From Bugula neritina (lineage: Eukaryota > Animalia > Bryozoa): a stretch of DNA of 64,000 bases. Numbering within the stretch: the stretch's first letter is position 1; every line of letters starts with the position of its first letter. The position numbers were made by a program, and so were the translations under genes. The notes below the pieces were generated by a model. That model was given only the letters and a program-made list of their open reading frames with translations. It ran no database searches and was not told the origin of the DNA. Below are positions 1-16,300 of this stretch, piece by piece. Location: the NCBI GenBank assembly GCA_964035545.1, contig CAXIUT010000183.1, positions 1,364,001 through 1,428,000 on the forward strand. Direction: 5' to 3'.

Positions 1-2287
1 ATTGCAATATACTGTAATATACTGAAAAATGCTGTATCACACTGAAATATACTGCAATTCGCTGAAATATACTGCAACATACTGAAATACACCGCAACAT
101 CCTACAACATACTAAAATACACTGTAACATTTCGAAATACACTGCAACACATTGAATTATACTGCAACATAACGAAATATATGGTAAACTACTGAAATAT
201 ATTTTAACAAATTGAAAAATACTGCAACATACTGAAATATACTGTAACACACTGAAGTATACTGCAACATACTGAAATACACTGTAACATACTGAAATAT
301 ACTGCAACATACTGAAATACACTACTACATACTGAAATATACTGCAACGTACTGCAACATACTGCAGCATACTGAAATACACTGTAACATACTGAAATAC
401 ACTGCAACATACTACCACATATTGAAATACACTGCAACACATTGAAATGTACTGCAACATACCGAAATATATGGTAAACTACTAAAATATACTGTAACAC
501 ATTGAAAAATACTGCAACATACTGAAATATACTGCGACACCTAGCAATATACTGTAACATACTGAAATATGCTCTAGCACACTGAAATACAATGCAACTT
601 ACTGAAATTTACTGCAACATACTGAAATACACTGCAACATCCTACAATATGCTGAAATACACAGTAACATATTGAAATACACTGCAACACTTTGAAATAT
701 ACTGCAACATACCGAAATATATGGTAAACTACTGCAACATACTACAACATACTGAAATACACTGCAACACATTGAAATATACTGCGACATACCTAAATAT
801 ACGGTAATATACTGAAATATACTGTAACACATTGAAAAATACTGCAACATACTGAAATATACTGCAACACACCGAAATATACTGCAACATACTGAAATAC
901 ACTGTAACATACTGAAATACACTGCTACATACTGAAATATACTGCAACATACTGCAACATACTGAAATACACAGTAACATACTGAAATAAACTGCAACAT
1001 ACTACAACATATTGAAATACACTGCAACACATTGAAATATACTGCAACATACCTAAATATACGGTAATATACTGAAATTCACTGTAACGCATTGCAAAAT
1101 ACTGCAACATACTGAAATTCACTGCGACACACTGAAATACGCTGCAAAATACTACAACATACTGAAATAAACTGTAACATGTTGAAATACACTGCAACAC
1201 ATTGAAAAATACTGCAACATACTGAAATATACTGTAACACACTGAAATATACTGCAACATACTGAAATACACTGTAACATACTGAAATATACTGCAACAT
1301 ACTGAAATACACTGCTACATACTGAAATATACTGCAACATACTGCAACATACTGCAATACACTGTAAAATACTGAAATACACTGCAACATACTACTACAA
1401 CATATCGAAATACACTGCAACACATTGAAATACACTGCAACTTACCGAATATATGGTAAACTACTGAAATATACTGTAACGCATTGAAAAGTACTGCAAC
1501 ATACTGAAATATATTGCGACACATCGCAATACACTGTAACATACTGAAAAATGCTGTAGCACACTGAAATACACTGCCATTCACTGAAATATACTGCAAC
1601 ATACTGAAATACACCGCAACATCCTACAACATACTGAAGTACACTGTAACATATTGAAATACACTGCAACACATTGAAATATACTGCAACATACCGAAAT
1701 ATATCGTAAACTACTGAAATATACTGTAACACATTGAAAAAAACTGCAACATACTGAAATATACTGTAACAAACCGAAATATACTGCAACATACTGAAAG
1801 ACACTGTAACATACTGAAATATACTGTAACATACTGAAATACACTGCTACATACTGAAATATGCTGCAACATACTGCAACATACTGAAATAAACTGCAAC
1901 ATACTACAACATATTGAAATACACTGCAACACATTAAAATATACTGCAACATACCTAAATATACGGTAATATACTGAAATTCACTGTAACGCATTGCAAA
2001 ATACTGCAACATACTGAAATTCACTGCGACACACTGAAATACGCTGCAAAATACTACAACATACTGAAATAAACTGTAACATATTGAAATACACTGCAAC
2101 ACATTGAAAGATACTGCAACATACTGAAATTTACTGTAACACACTGAAATATACTGCAACATACTGAAATACACTGTAACATACTGAAATATACTGCAAC
2201 ATACTGAAATACACTGCTACATACTGAAATATACTGCAACATACTGCAACATACTGCAATACACTGTAACATACTGAAATACACTGC

Positions 2288-5200
2288 AACATACTACAAC
2301 ATATTGAAATACACTGCAACACATTGAAATACACTGCAACTTACCGAATATATGGTAAACTACTGAAATATACTGTAACGCATTGAAAAATACTGCAACA
2401 TACTGAAATATATTGCGACACATTGCAATATACTGTAACATACTGAAAAATGCTGTAGCAGGCTGAAATATACTGCAATTCACTGAAATATACTGCAACA
2501 TACTGAAATTTATGGTAAACTACTGAAATATACTGTAACACATTGAAAAATACTGCAACATAACGAAATATATGGTAAACTAATGAAATATATTTTAACA
2601 CATTAAAAAATACTGCAACATACTGAAATATATTTTAACACATTGAAAAATACTGCAACATACTGAAATACACTGCAACACATTGAAATATACTGCAACA
2701 TACCGAAATTTATGGTAAACTACTGAAATATACTGTAACACATTGAAAAATACTGCAACATACTGAAATACACTGTAACATACTGAAATAAACTGCAACA
2801 TACTACAACATATTGAAATACACTGCAACAAATTGAAATATACTGCAACATACCTAAATATACGGTAATATACTGAAATTCACTGTAACGCATTGCAAAA
2901 TACTGCAACATACTGAAATTCACTGCGACACACTGAAATACGCTGCAAAATACTACAACATACTGAAATAAACTGTAACATAATGAAATACACTGCAACA
3001 CATTGAAATATACTGCAACATAACAAAATATATGGTAAACTACTGAAATAGACTTTAACACATTGAAAAATACTGCAACATACTGAAATACACTGTAACA
3101 TACTGAAATATACTGCAACATACTGAAATACACTGCTACATACTGAAATATACTGCAACGTACTGCAACATACTCCAGCATACTGAAATGCACTGTAACA
3201 TACTGAAATACACTGCAACATACTACCACATATTGAAATACACTGCAACACATTGAAATGTACTGCAACATACCGAAATATATGGTAAACTACTAAAATA
3301 TACTGTAACATATTGAAAAATACTGCAACATACTGAAATATACTGCGACACCTAGCAATACACTGTAACATACTGAAATATGCTCTAGCACACTGAAATA
3401 CAATGCAACACATTGAAATATACTGCAACATACCTAAATATACGGTAATATACTGAAATTTACTGTAACGCAATGCAAAATACTGCAACATACTGAAATA
3501 CACTGCAACATACTACCACATATTGAAATACACTGCAACATATTGAAATACACTGCAACACATTGAAAAATACTGCAACATACTGAAATATACTGTAACA
3601 CACTGAAATATACTGCAACATACTGAAATACACTGTAACATACTGAAATATACTGCAACATACTGAAATACACTGCTACATACTGAAATATACTGCAACA
3701 TACTGCAACATACTGCAATACACTGTAACATACTGAAATACACTGCAATATACTACAACATATTGAAATACACTGCAACACATTGAAATACACTGCAACT
3801 TACCGAATATATGGTAAACTACTGAAATATACTGTAACGCATTGAAAAATACTGCAACATACTGAAATATATTGCGACACATTGCAATATACTGTAACAT
3901 ACTGAAATATACTGTAACACACCGAAATATACTGCATCATACTGAAATACACTGTAACATACTGAAATATACTGCAACATACTGAAATACACTGCTACAT
4001 ACTGCAACATACTGCAACATACTGCAACATACTGAAATACACTGTAACATACTGAAATAAACTGCAACATACTACAACATATTGAAATACACTGCAACAC
4101 ATTGAAATATACTGCTACATACCTAAATAAGCGGTAATATACTGAAATATACTGTAACACATTGAAAAAACTGCAACATACTGAAATACACTGCAACGCA
4201 CTGAAATACACCGCAAAATACTACAACATGCTGAAATACACTGTAACATATTGAAATCCACTGCAACACATTGAAATATACTGCAACATACCGAAATATA
4301 TGGTAAACTAATGAAATATACTGTAACACATTGAAAAATACCGCAACATACTGAAATATACTGCGACACATTGCAATATACTGTAACATATTGAAAAATG
4401 CTGTAGCACACTGAAATACACTGCAACATCCTACAACATATATAAATACACTGTAACATATTGAAATACACTGCAAGAAATTGAAATAGACTGCAACATA
4501 ACAAAATATATGGTAAACTACTGAAATAGACTTTAACACATTGAAAAATACTGTAACATACAGAAATATACTGTAACACACTGAAATATACTGCAACATA
4601 CTGAAATACACTGTAACATTCTGAAATATACTGCAACGTACTGAAATACACTGCTACATACTGAAATATACTGCAACATACTGCAAAATACTGCAACATA
4701 CTGAAATACACTGTAACATATTTAAGTACACTGCAACACATTGAAATATACTGCAACATGCCAAAATATATGGTAAACAACTGAAATATACTTTAACACA
4801 TTGAAAAATACTGCAACATACTGAAATATACTGCGACACTTTGCAATATACTGTAACATACCGAAATATGCTCTAGCACACTGAAATACACTGCAACTCA
4901 CTGAAATATACTGCAACATACTGAAATACACTGTGACATCCTGAAATATACTGCAACATTCTGAAATACACTGCTACATACTGAAATATACTGCAACATA
5001 CTGCAACATACTGAAATACACTGCAACATACTACAACATACTGAAATACGCTGCAACACATTGAAATATACTGCAACATACCTAAATATACGGTAATATA
5101 CCGAAATATACTGTAACGCATTGCAAAATAATGCAACATACTGAAATACACTGCGACACACTGAAATACGCTGCAAAATACTACAACATACTGAAATAAA

Positions 5201-8200
5201 CTGTAACACATTGAATTACACTGCAATACATTGAAAAATAATGCAATATACTGAAATATACTGTAACACACTGAAATATACTGCAACATACTGAAATACA
5301 CTGTAACAAACTGAAATATACTGTAACATACTGCAACATACTGAAATACACTGTAACATACTGAGATACACTGCCGCATACTGCAACATATTGAACTACA
5401 CTGCAACACATTGAAATATATTGCAACTTATCGAATATATGGAAAACTACTGAAATTTACTGTAACGCATTGAAAAAGACTGCAACATACTGAAATATAT
5501 TGCGACACATTGCAATATACTGTAATATACTGAAAAATGCTGTATCACACTGAAATATACTGCAATTCGCTGAAATATACTGCAACATACTGAAATACAC
5601 CGCAACATCCTACAACATACTAACATACACTGTAACATTTCAAAATACACTGCAACACATTGAATTATACTGCAACATAACGAAATATATGGTAAACTAC
5701 TGAATTATATTTTAACAAATTGAAAAATACTGCAACATACTGAAATATACTGTAACACACTGAAGTATACTGCAACATACTGAAATACACTGTAACATAC
5801 TGAAATATACTGCAACATACTGAAATACACCGCAACATCATACAACATACTGAAATACACTGTAACATATTGAAATACACTGCAACACATTGAAATATAC
5901 TGCAACATACCGAAATATATGGTAAACTACTGCAACACACTACAACATATTGAAATACACTGCAACACATTGAAATATACTGCAACATACCTAAATATAC
6001 GGTAATATACTGAAATATACTGTAACACACCGAAATATACTGCAACATACTGAAATACACTGTAACATACTGAAATATACTGCAACATACTGAAATACAC
6101 TGCTACATACTGAAATATACTGCAACATACTGAAATATACTGTAACACACTGAAGTACACTGCAACTCACTGAAATATACTGCAATATACTGAAATACAC
6201 TGCAACATCCTACAAAATGCTGAAATACACTGTAACATATTGAAATACACTGCAACACATTGAAATATACTGCAACATACCGAAATATATGGTAAACTAC
6301 TGAAATATACTGTAACACATTGAAAAAAACTGACATACTGAAATATACTGCGACACCTAGCAATATACTGTAACATACTGAAATCTGCTCTAGCACACTG
6401 AAATACAACGCAACTCACTGAAATATACTGCAACATACTGAAATACACTGCAACATCCCACAACATGCTGAAATACACTGTAACCTATTGAAATACACTG
6501 CAACACATTGAAATATACTGCAACATGCCTAAATTTACGGTAATATAATGAAATATACTGTAACACACCGAAATATACTGCAACATACTGAAATACACTG
6601 TAACATACTGAAATATACTGCAACATACTGAAATACACTGCTACATACTGAAATATACTGCAACATACTGAAATACACTGAAATACACTGTAACATAATG
6701 AAATAAACTGCAACATACTACAACATATTGAAATACACTGCAACACATTGAGATATACTGCAACATACCTAAATATACGGTAATATACTGAAATATACTG
6801 TAACACATTGAAAAAACTGCAACATACTGAAATACACTGCAACACACTGAAATACACCGCAAAATACTACAACATACTGAAATACTTTGTAACATATTGA
6901 AATACACTGCAACATACTACCACATATTGAAATACACTGCAACACATTGAAATGTACTGCAACATACCGAAATATATGGTAAACTACTAAAATATACTGT
7001 AACACATTGAAAAATACTGCAACATACTGAAATATACTGCGACACCTAGCAATATACTGTAACATACTGAAATATGCTCTAGCACACTGAAATACAATGC
7101 AACTTACTGAAATATACTGCAACATACTGAAATACACTGCAACATCCTACAATATGCTGAAATACACAGTAACATATTGAAATACACTGCAACACTTTGA
7201 AATATACTGCAACATACCGAAATATATGGTAAACTACTGCAACATACTACAACATACTGAAATACACTGCAACACATTGAAATATACTGCGACATACCTA
7301 AATATACGGTAATATACTGAAATATACTGTAACACATTGAACAATACTGCAACATACTGAAATATACTGTAACACACCGAAATATACTGCAACATACTGA
7401 AATACACTGTAACATACTGAAATACACCGCTACATACTGAAATATACTGCAACATACTGCAACATACTGAAATACACAGTAACATACTGAAATAAACTGC
7501 AACATACTACAACATATTGAAATACACTGCAACACATTGAAATATACTGCAACATACCTAAATATACGGTAATATACTGAAATTCACTGTAACGCATTGC
7601 AAAATACTGCAACATACTGAAATTCACTGCGACACACTGAAATACGCTGCAAAATACTGAAATACACTGTAACATACTGAAATATACTGCAACATACTGA
7701 AATACACTGCTACATACTGAAATTTACTGCAACATACTGCAACATACTGCAATACACTGTAAAATACTGAAATACACTCCAACATACTACAACATATTGA
7801 AATACACTGCAACACATTGAAATACACTGCAACTTACCGAATATATGGTAAACTACTGAAATATACTGTAACGCATTGAAAAATACTGCAACATACTGAA
7901 ATATATTGCGACACATTGCAATATACTGTAACATACTGAAAAATGCTGTAGCAGGCTGAAATATACTGCAATTCACTGAAATATACTGCAACATACTGAA
8001 ATTTATGGTAAACTACTGAAATATACTGTAACACATTGAAAAATACTGCAACATAACGAAATATATGGTAAACTAATGAAATATATTTTAACACATTAAA
8101 AAATACTGCAACATACTGAAATATATTTTAACACATTGAAAAATACTGCAACATACTGAAATACACTGCAACACATTGAAATATACTGCAACATACCGAA

Positions 8201-11200
8201 ATTTATGGTAAACTACTGAAATATACTGTAACACATTGAAAAATACTGCAACATACTGAAATACACTGTAACATACTGAAATAAACTGCAACATACTACA
8301 ACATATTGAAATACACTGCAACAAATTGAAATATACTGCAACATACCTAAATATACGGTAATATACTGAAATTCACTGTAACGCATTGCAAAATACTGCA
8401 ACATACTGAAATTCACTGCGACACACTGAAATACGCTGCAAAATACTACAACATACTGAAATAAACTGTAACATAATGAAATACACTGCAACACATTGAA
8501 ATATACTGCAACATAACAAAATATATGGTAAACTACTGAAATAGACTTTAACACATTGAAAAATACTGCAACATACTGAAATACACTGTAACATACTGAA
8601 ATATACTGCAACATACTGAAATACACTGCTACATACTGAAATATACTGCAACGTACTGCAACATACTCCAGCATACTGAAATGCACTGTAACATACTGAA
8701 ATACACTGCAACATACTACCACATATTGAAATACACTGCAACACATTGAAATGTACTGCAACATACCGAAATATATGGTAAACTACTAAAATATACTGTA
8801 ACATATTGAAAAATACTGCAACATACTGAAATATACTGCGACACCTAGCAATACACTGTAACATACTGAAATATGCTCTAGCACACTGAAATACAATGCA
8901 ACACATTGAAATATACTGCAACATACCTAAATATACGGTAATATACTGAAATTTACTGTAACGCAATGCAAAATACTGCAACATACTGAAATACACTGCA
9001 ACATACTACCACATATTGAAATACACTGCAACATATTGAAATACACTGCAACACATTGAAAAATACTGCAACATACTGAAATATACTGTAACACACTGAA
9101 ATATACTGCAACATACTGAAATACACTGTAACATACTGAAATATACTGCAACATACTGAAATACACTGCTACATACTGAAATATACTGCAACATACTGCA
9201 ACATACTGCAATACACTGTAACATACTGAAATACACTGCAATATACTACAACATATTGAAATACACTGCAACACATTGAAATACACTGCAACTTACCGAA
9301 TATATGGTAAACTACTGAAATATACTGTAACGCATTGAAAAATACTGCAACATACTGAAATATATTGCGACACATTGCAATATACTGTAACATACTGAAA
9401 TATACTGTAACACACCGAAATATACTGCATCATACTGAAATACACTGTAACATACTGAAATATACTGCAACATACTGAAATACACTGCTACATACTGCAA
9501 CATACTGCAACATACTGCAACATACTGAAATACACTGTAACATACTGAAATAAACTGCAACATACTACAACATATTGAAATACACTGCAACACATTGAAA
9601 TATACTGCTACATACCTAAATAAGCGGTAATATACTGAAATATACTGTAACACATTGAAAAAACTGCAACATACTGAAATACACTGCAACGCACTGAAAT
9701 ACACCGCAAAATACTACAACATGCTGAAATACACTGTAACATATTGAAATCCACTGCAACACATTGAAATATACTGCAACATACCGAAATATATGGTAAA
9801 CTAATGAAATATACTGTAACACATTGAAAAATACCGCAACATACTGAAATATACTGCGACACATTGCAATATACTGTAACATATTGAAAAATGCTGTAGC
9901 ACACTGAAATACACTGCAACATCCTACAACATATATAAATACACTGTAACATATTGAAATACACTGCAAGAAATTGAAATAGACTGCAACATAACAAAAT
10001 ATATGGTAAACTACTGAAATAGACTTTAACACATTGAAAAATACTGTAACATACAGAAATATACTGTAACACACTGAAATATACTGCAACATACTGAAAT
10101 ACACTGTAACATTCTGAAATATACTGCAACGTACTGAAATACACTGCTACATACTGAAATATACTGCAACATACTGCAAAATACTGCAACATACTGAAAT
10201 ACACTGTAACATATTTAAGTACACTGCAACACATTGAAATATACTGCAACATGCCAAAATATATGGTAAACAACTGAAATATACTTTAACACATTGAAAA
10301 ATACTGCAACATACTGAAATATACTGCGACACTTTGCAATATACTGTAACATACCGAAATATGCTCTAGCACACTGAAATACACTGCAACTCACTGAAAT
10401 ATACTGCAACATACTGAAATACACTGTGACATCCTGAAATATACTGCAACATTCTGAAATACACTGCTACATACTGAAATATACTGCAACATACTGCAAC
10501 ATACTGAAATACACTGCAACATACTACAACATACTGAAATACGCTGCAACACATTGAAATATACTGCAACATACCTAAATATACGGTAATATACCGAAAT
10601 ATACTGTAACGCATTGCAAAATAATGCAACATACTGAAATACACTGCGACACACTGAAATACGCTGCAAAATACTACAACATACTGAAATAAACTGTAAC
10701 ACATTGAATTACACTGCAATACATTGAAAAATAATGCAATATACTGAAATATACTGTAACACACTGAAATATACTGCAACATACTGAAATACACTGTAAC
10801 AAACTGAAATATACTGTAACATACTGCAACATACTGAAATACACTGTAACATACTGAGATACACTGCCGCATACTGCAACATATTGAACTACACTGCAAC
10901 ACATTGAAATATATTGCAACTTATCGAATATATGGAAAACTACTGAAATTTACTGTAACGCATTGAAAAAGACTGCAACATACTGAAATATATTGCGACA
11001 CATTGCAATATACTGTAATATACTGAAAAATGCTGTATCACACTGAAATATACTGCAATTCGCTGAAATATACTGCAACATACTGAAATACACCGCAACA
11101 TCCTACAACATACTAACATACACTGTAACATTTCAAAATACACTGCAACACATTGAATTATACTGCAACATAACGAAATATATGGTAAACTACTGAATTA

Positions 11201-13375
11201 TATTTTAACAAATTGAAAAATACTGCAACATACTGAAATATACTGTAACACACTGAAGTATACTGCAACATACTGAAATACACTGTAACATACTGAAATA
11301 TACTGCAACATACTGAAATACACCGCAACATCATACAACATACTGAAATACACTGTAACATATTGAAATACACTGCAACACATTGAAATATACTGCAACA
11401 TACCGAAATATATGGTAAACTACTGCAACACACTACAACATATTGAAATACACTGCAACACATTGAAATATACTGCAACATACCTAAATATACGGTAATA
11501 TACTGAAATATACTGTAACACACCGAAATATACTGCAACATACTGAAATACACTGTAACATACTGAAATATACTGCAACATACTGAAATACACTGCTACA
11601 TACTGAAATATACTGCAACATACTGAAATATACTGTAACACACTGAAGTACACTGCAACTCACTGAAATATACTGCAATATACTGAAATACACTGCAACA
11701 TCCTACAAAATGCTGAAATACACTGTAACATATTGAAATACACTGCAACACATTGAAATATACTGCAACATACCGAAATATATGGTAAACTACTGAAATA
11801 TACTGTAACACATTGAAAAAAACTGACATACTGAAATATACTGCGACACCTAGCAATATACTGTAACATACTGAAATCTGCTCTAGCACACTGAAATACA
11901 ACGCAACTCACTGAAATATACTGCAACATACTGAAATACACTGCAACATCCCACAACATGCTGAAATACACTGTAACCTATTGAAATACACTGCAACACA
12001 TTGAAATATACTGCAACATGCCTAAATTTACGGTAATATAATGAAATATACTGTAACACACCGAAATATACTGCAACATACTGAAATACACTGTAACATA
12101 CTGAAATATACTGCAACATACTGAAATACACTGCTACATACTGAAATATACTGCAACATACTGAAATACACTGAAATACACTGTAACATAATGAAATAAA
12201 CTGCAACATACTACAACATATTGAAATACACTGCAACACATTGAGATATACTGCAACATACCTAAATATACGGTAATATACTGAAATATACTGTAACACA
12301 TTGAAAAAACTGCAACATACTGAAATACACTGCAACACACTGAAATACACCGCAAAATACTACAACATACTGAAATACTTTGTAACATATTGAAATACAC
12401 TGCAACATACTACCACATATTGAAATACACTGCAACACATTGAAATGTACTGCAACATACCGAAATATATGGTAAACTACTAAAATATACTGTAACACAT
12501 TGAAAAATACTGCAACATACTGAAATATACTGCGACACCTAGCAATATACTGTAACATACTGAAATATGCTCTAGCACACTGAAATACAATGCAACTTAC
12601 TGAAATATACTGCAACATACTGAAATACACTGCAACATCCTACAATATGCTGAAATACACAGTAACATATTGAAATACACTGCAACACTTTGAAATATAC
12701 TGCAACATACCGAAATATATGGTAAACTACTGCAACATACTACAACATACTGAAATACACTGCAACACATTGAAATATACTGCGACATACCTAAATATAC
12801 GGTAATATACTGAAATATACTGTAACACATTGAACAATACTGCAACATACTGAAATATACTGTAACACACCGAAATATACTGCAACATACTGAAATACAC
12901 TGTAACATACTGAAATACACCGCTACATACTGAAATATACTGCAACATACTGCAACATACTGAAATACACAGTAACATACTGAAATAAACTGCAACATAC
13001 TACAACATATTGAAATACACTGCAACACATTGAAATATACTGCAACATACCTAAATATACGGTAATATACTGAAATTCACTGTAACGCATTGCAAAATAC
13101 TGCAACATACTGAAATTCACTGCGACACACTGAAATACGCTGCAAAATACTGAAATACACTGTAACATACTGAAATATACTGCAACATACTGAAATACAC
13201 TGCTACATACTGAAATTTACTGCAACATACTGCAACATACTGCAATACACTGTAAAATACTGAAATACACTCCAACATACTACAACATATTGAAATACAC
13301 TGCAACACATTGAAATACACTGCAACTTACCGAATATATGGTAAACTACTGAAATATACTGTAACGCATTGAAAA
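2288..13375. repeat. Tandem duplication, lag 5493 bp (copies ~2290-7782 and ~7783-13275), near-identical
   Basis: Identical ORF translations at constant offset (2341/7834, 2595/8088, 4115/9608, 6390/11883, 7624/13117). Rare variants (gtagcaggctg, taaataagcgg, aagaaattg) are shared. Confidence 0.9.
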
Positions 13376-16300
13376 GTACTGCAACATACTGGAATATATT
13401 GCGACACATTGCAATAAACTGTAACATACTGAAAAATGCTGTAGCACACTGAAATACACTGCCATTCACTGAAATATACTGCAACATTCTGAAATACACC
13501 GCAACATCCTACAACATACTGAAATACACTGTAACATATTGAAATACACTGCAACACATTGAAATATACTGCAACATAACGAAATATATGGTAAACTACT
13601 GAAATATATTTTAACACATTGAAAAATACTGCAACATACTGAAATATACTGTAACACACTGAAGTACACTGCAACTCACTGAAATATACTGCAATATACT
13701 GAAATACACTGCAACATCCTACAAAATGCTGAAATACACTGTAACATATTGAAATATACTGCGACATCTAGCAATATACTGTAACATACTGAAATATGCT
13801 CTAGCACACTGAAATACAATGTAACTCACTGAAATATACTGCAACATACTGAAATACACTGCAACATCCTACAACATGCTGAAATACACTGTAACATATT
13901 GAAATACACTGCAACACTTTGAAATATACTACAACATACCGAAATATATGGTAAACTACTGCAACACACTACAACATATTGAAATACACTGCAACACATT
14001 GAAATATACTGCAACATACCTAAATATACGGTAATATACTGAAATATACTGTAACACACCGAAATATACTGCAACATACTGAAATACACTGTAACATACT
14101 GAAATATACTGCAACATACTGAAATACACTGCTACATACTGAAATATACTGCAACATACTGCAACATACTGCAATACACTGTAACATACTGAAATACACT
14201 GCAATATACTACAACATATTGAAATACACTGCAACACATTGAAATACACTGCAACTTACCGAATATATGGTAAACTACTGAAATATACTGTAACGCATTG
14301 AAAAATACTGCAACATACTGAAATATATTGCGACACATTGCAATATACTGTAACATACTGAAATATACTGTAACACACCGAAATATACTGCATCATACTG
14401 AAATACACTGTAACATACTGAAATATACTGCAACATACTGAAATACACTGCTACATACTGCAACATACTGCAACATACTGCAACATACTGAAATACACTG
14501 TAACATACTGAAATAAACTGCAACATACTACAACATATTGAAATACACTGCAACACTTTGAAATATACTGCTACATACCTAAATAAGCGGTAATATACTG
14601 AAATATACTGTAACACTTTGAAAAAACTGCAACATACTGAAATACACTGCAACGCACTGAAATACACCGCAAAATACTACAACATGCTGAAATACACTGT
14701 AACATATTGAAATCCACTGCAACACATTGAAATATACTGCAACATACCGAAATATATGGTAAACTAATGAAATATACTGTAACACATTGAAAAATACCGC
14801 AACATACTGAAATATACTGCGACACATTGCAATATACTGTAACATATTGAAAAATGCTGTAGCACACTGAAATACACTGCAACATCCTACAACATACCTA
14901 AATACACTGTAACATATTGAAATACACTGCAAGAAATTGAAATAGACTGCAACATAACAAAATATATGGTAAACTACTGAAATAGACTTTAACACATTGA
15001 AAAATACTGTAACATACAGAAATATACTGTAACACACTGAAATATACTGCAACATACTGAAATACACTGTAACATTCTGAAATATACTGCAACATACTGA
15101 AATACACTGCTACATACTGAAATATACTGCAACATACTGCAAAATACTGCAACATACTGAAATACACTGTAACATATTTAAGTACACTGCAACACATTGA
15201 AATATACTGCAACATGCCAAAATATATGGTAAACAACTGAAATATACTTTAACACATTGAAAAATACTGCAACATACTGAAATATACTGCGACACTTTGC
15301 AATATACTGTAACATACCGAAATATGCTCTAGCACACTGAAATACACTGCAACTCACTGAAATATACTGCAACATACTGAAATACACTGTGACATCCTGA
15401 AATATACTGCAACATTCTGAAATACACTGCTACATACTGAAATATACTGCAACATACTGCAACATACTGAAATACACTGCAACATACTACAACATACTGA
15501 AATACGCTGCAACACATTGAAATATACTGCAACATAACGAAATATATGGTAAACTAATGAAATATATTTTAACACATTAAAAAATACTGCAACATACTGA
15601 AATATATTTTAACACATTGAAAAATACTGCAACATACTGAAATACACTGCAACACATTGAAATATACTGCAACATACCGAAATTTATGGTAAACTACTGA
15701 AATATACTGTAACACATTGAAAAATACTGCAACATACTGAAATACACTGTAACATACTGAAATAAACTGCAACATACTACAACATATTGAAATACACTGC
15801 AACAAATTGAAATATACTGCAACATACCTAAATATACGGTAATATACTGAAATTCACTGTAACGCATTGCAAAATACTGCAACATACTGAAATTCACTGC
15901 GACACACTGAAATACGCTGCAAAATACTACAACATACTGAAATAAACTGTAACATAATGAAATACACTGCAACACATTGAAATATACTGCAACATAACAA
16001 AATATATGGTAAACTACTGAAATAGACTTTAACACATTGAAAAATACTGCAACATACTGAAATACACTGTAACATACTGAAATATACTGCAACATACTGA
16101 AATACACTGCTACATACTGAAATATACTGCAACGTACTGCAACATACTCCAGCATACTGAAATGCACTGTAACATACTGAAATACACTGCAACATACTAC
16201 CACATATTGAAATACACTGCAACACATTGAAATGTACTGCAACATACCGAAATATATGGTAAACTACTAAAATATACTGTAACATATTGAAAAATACTGC

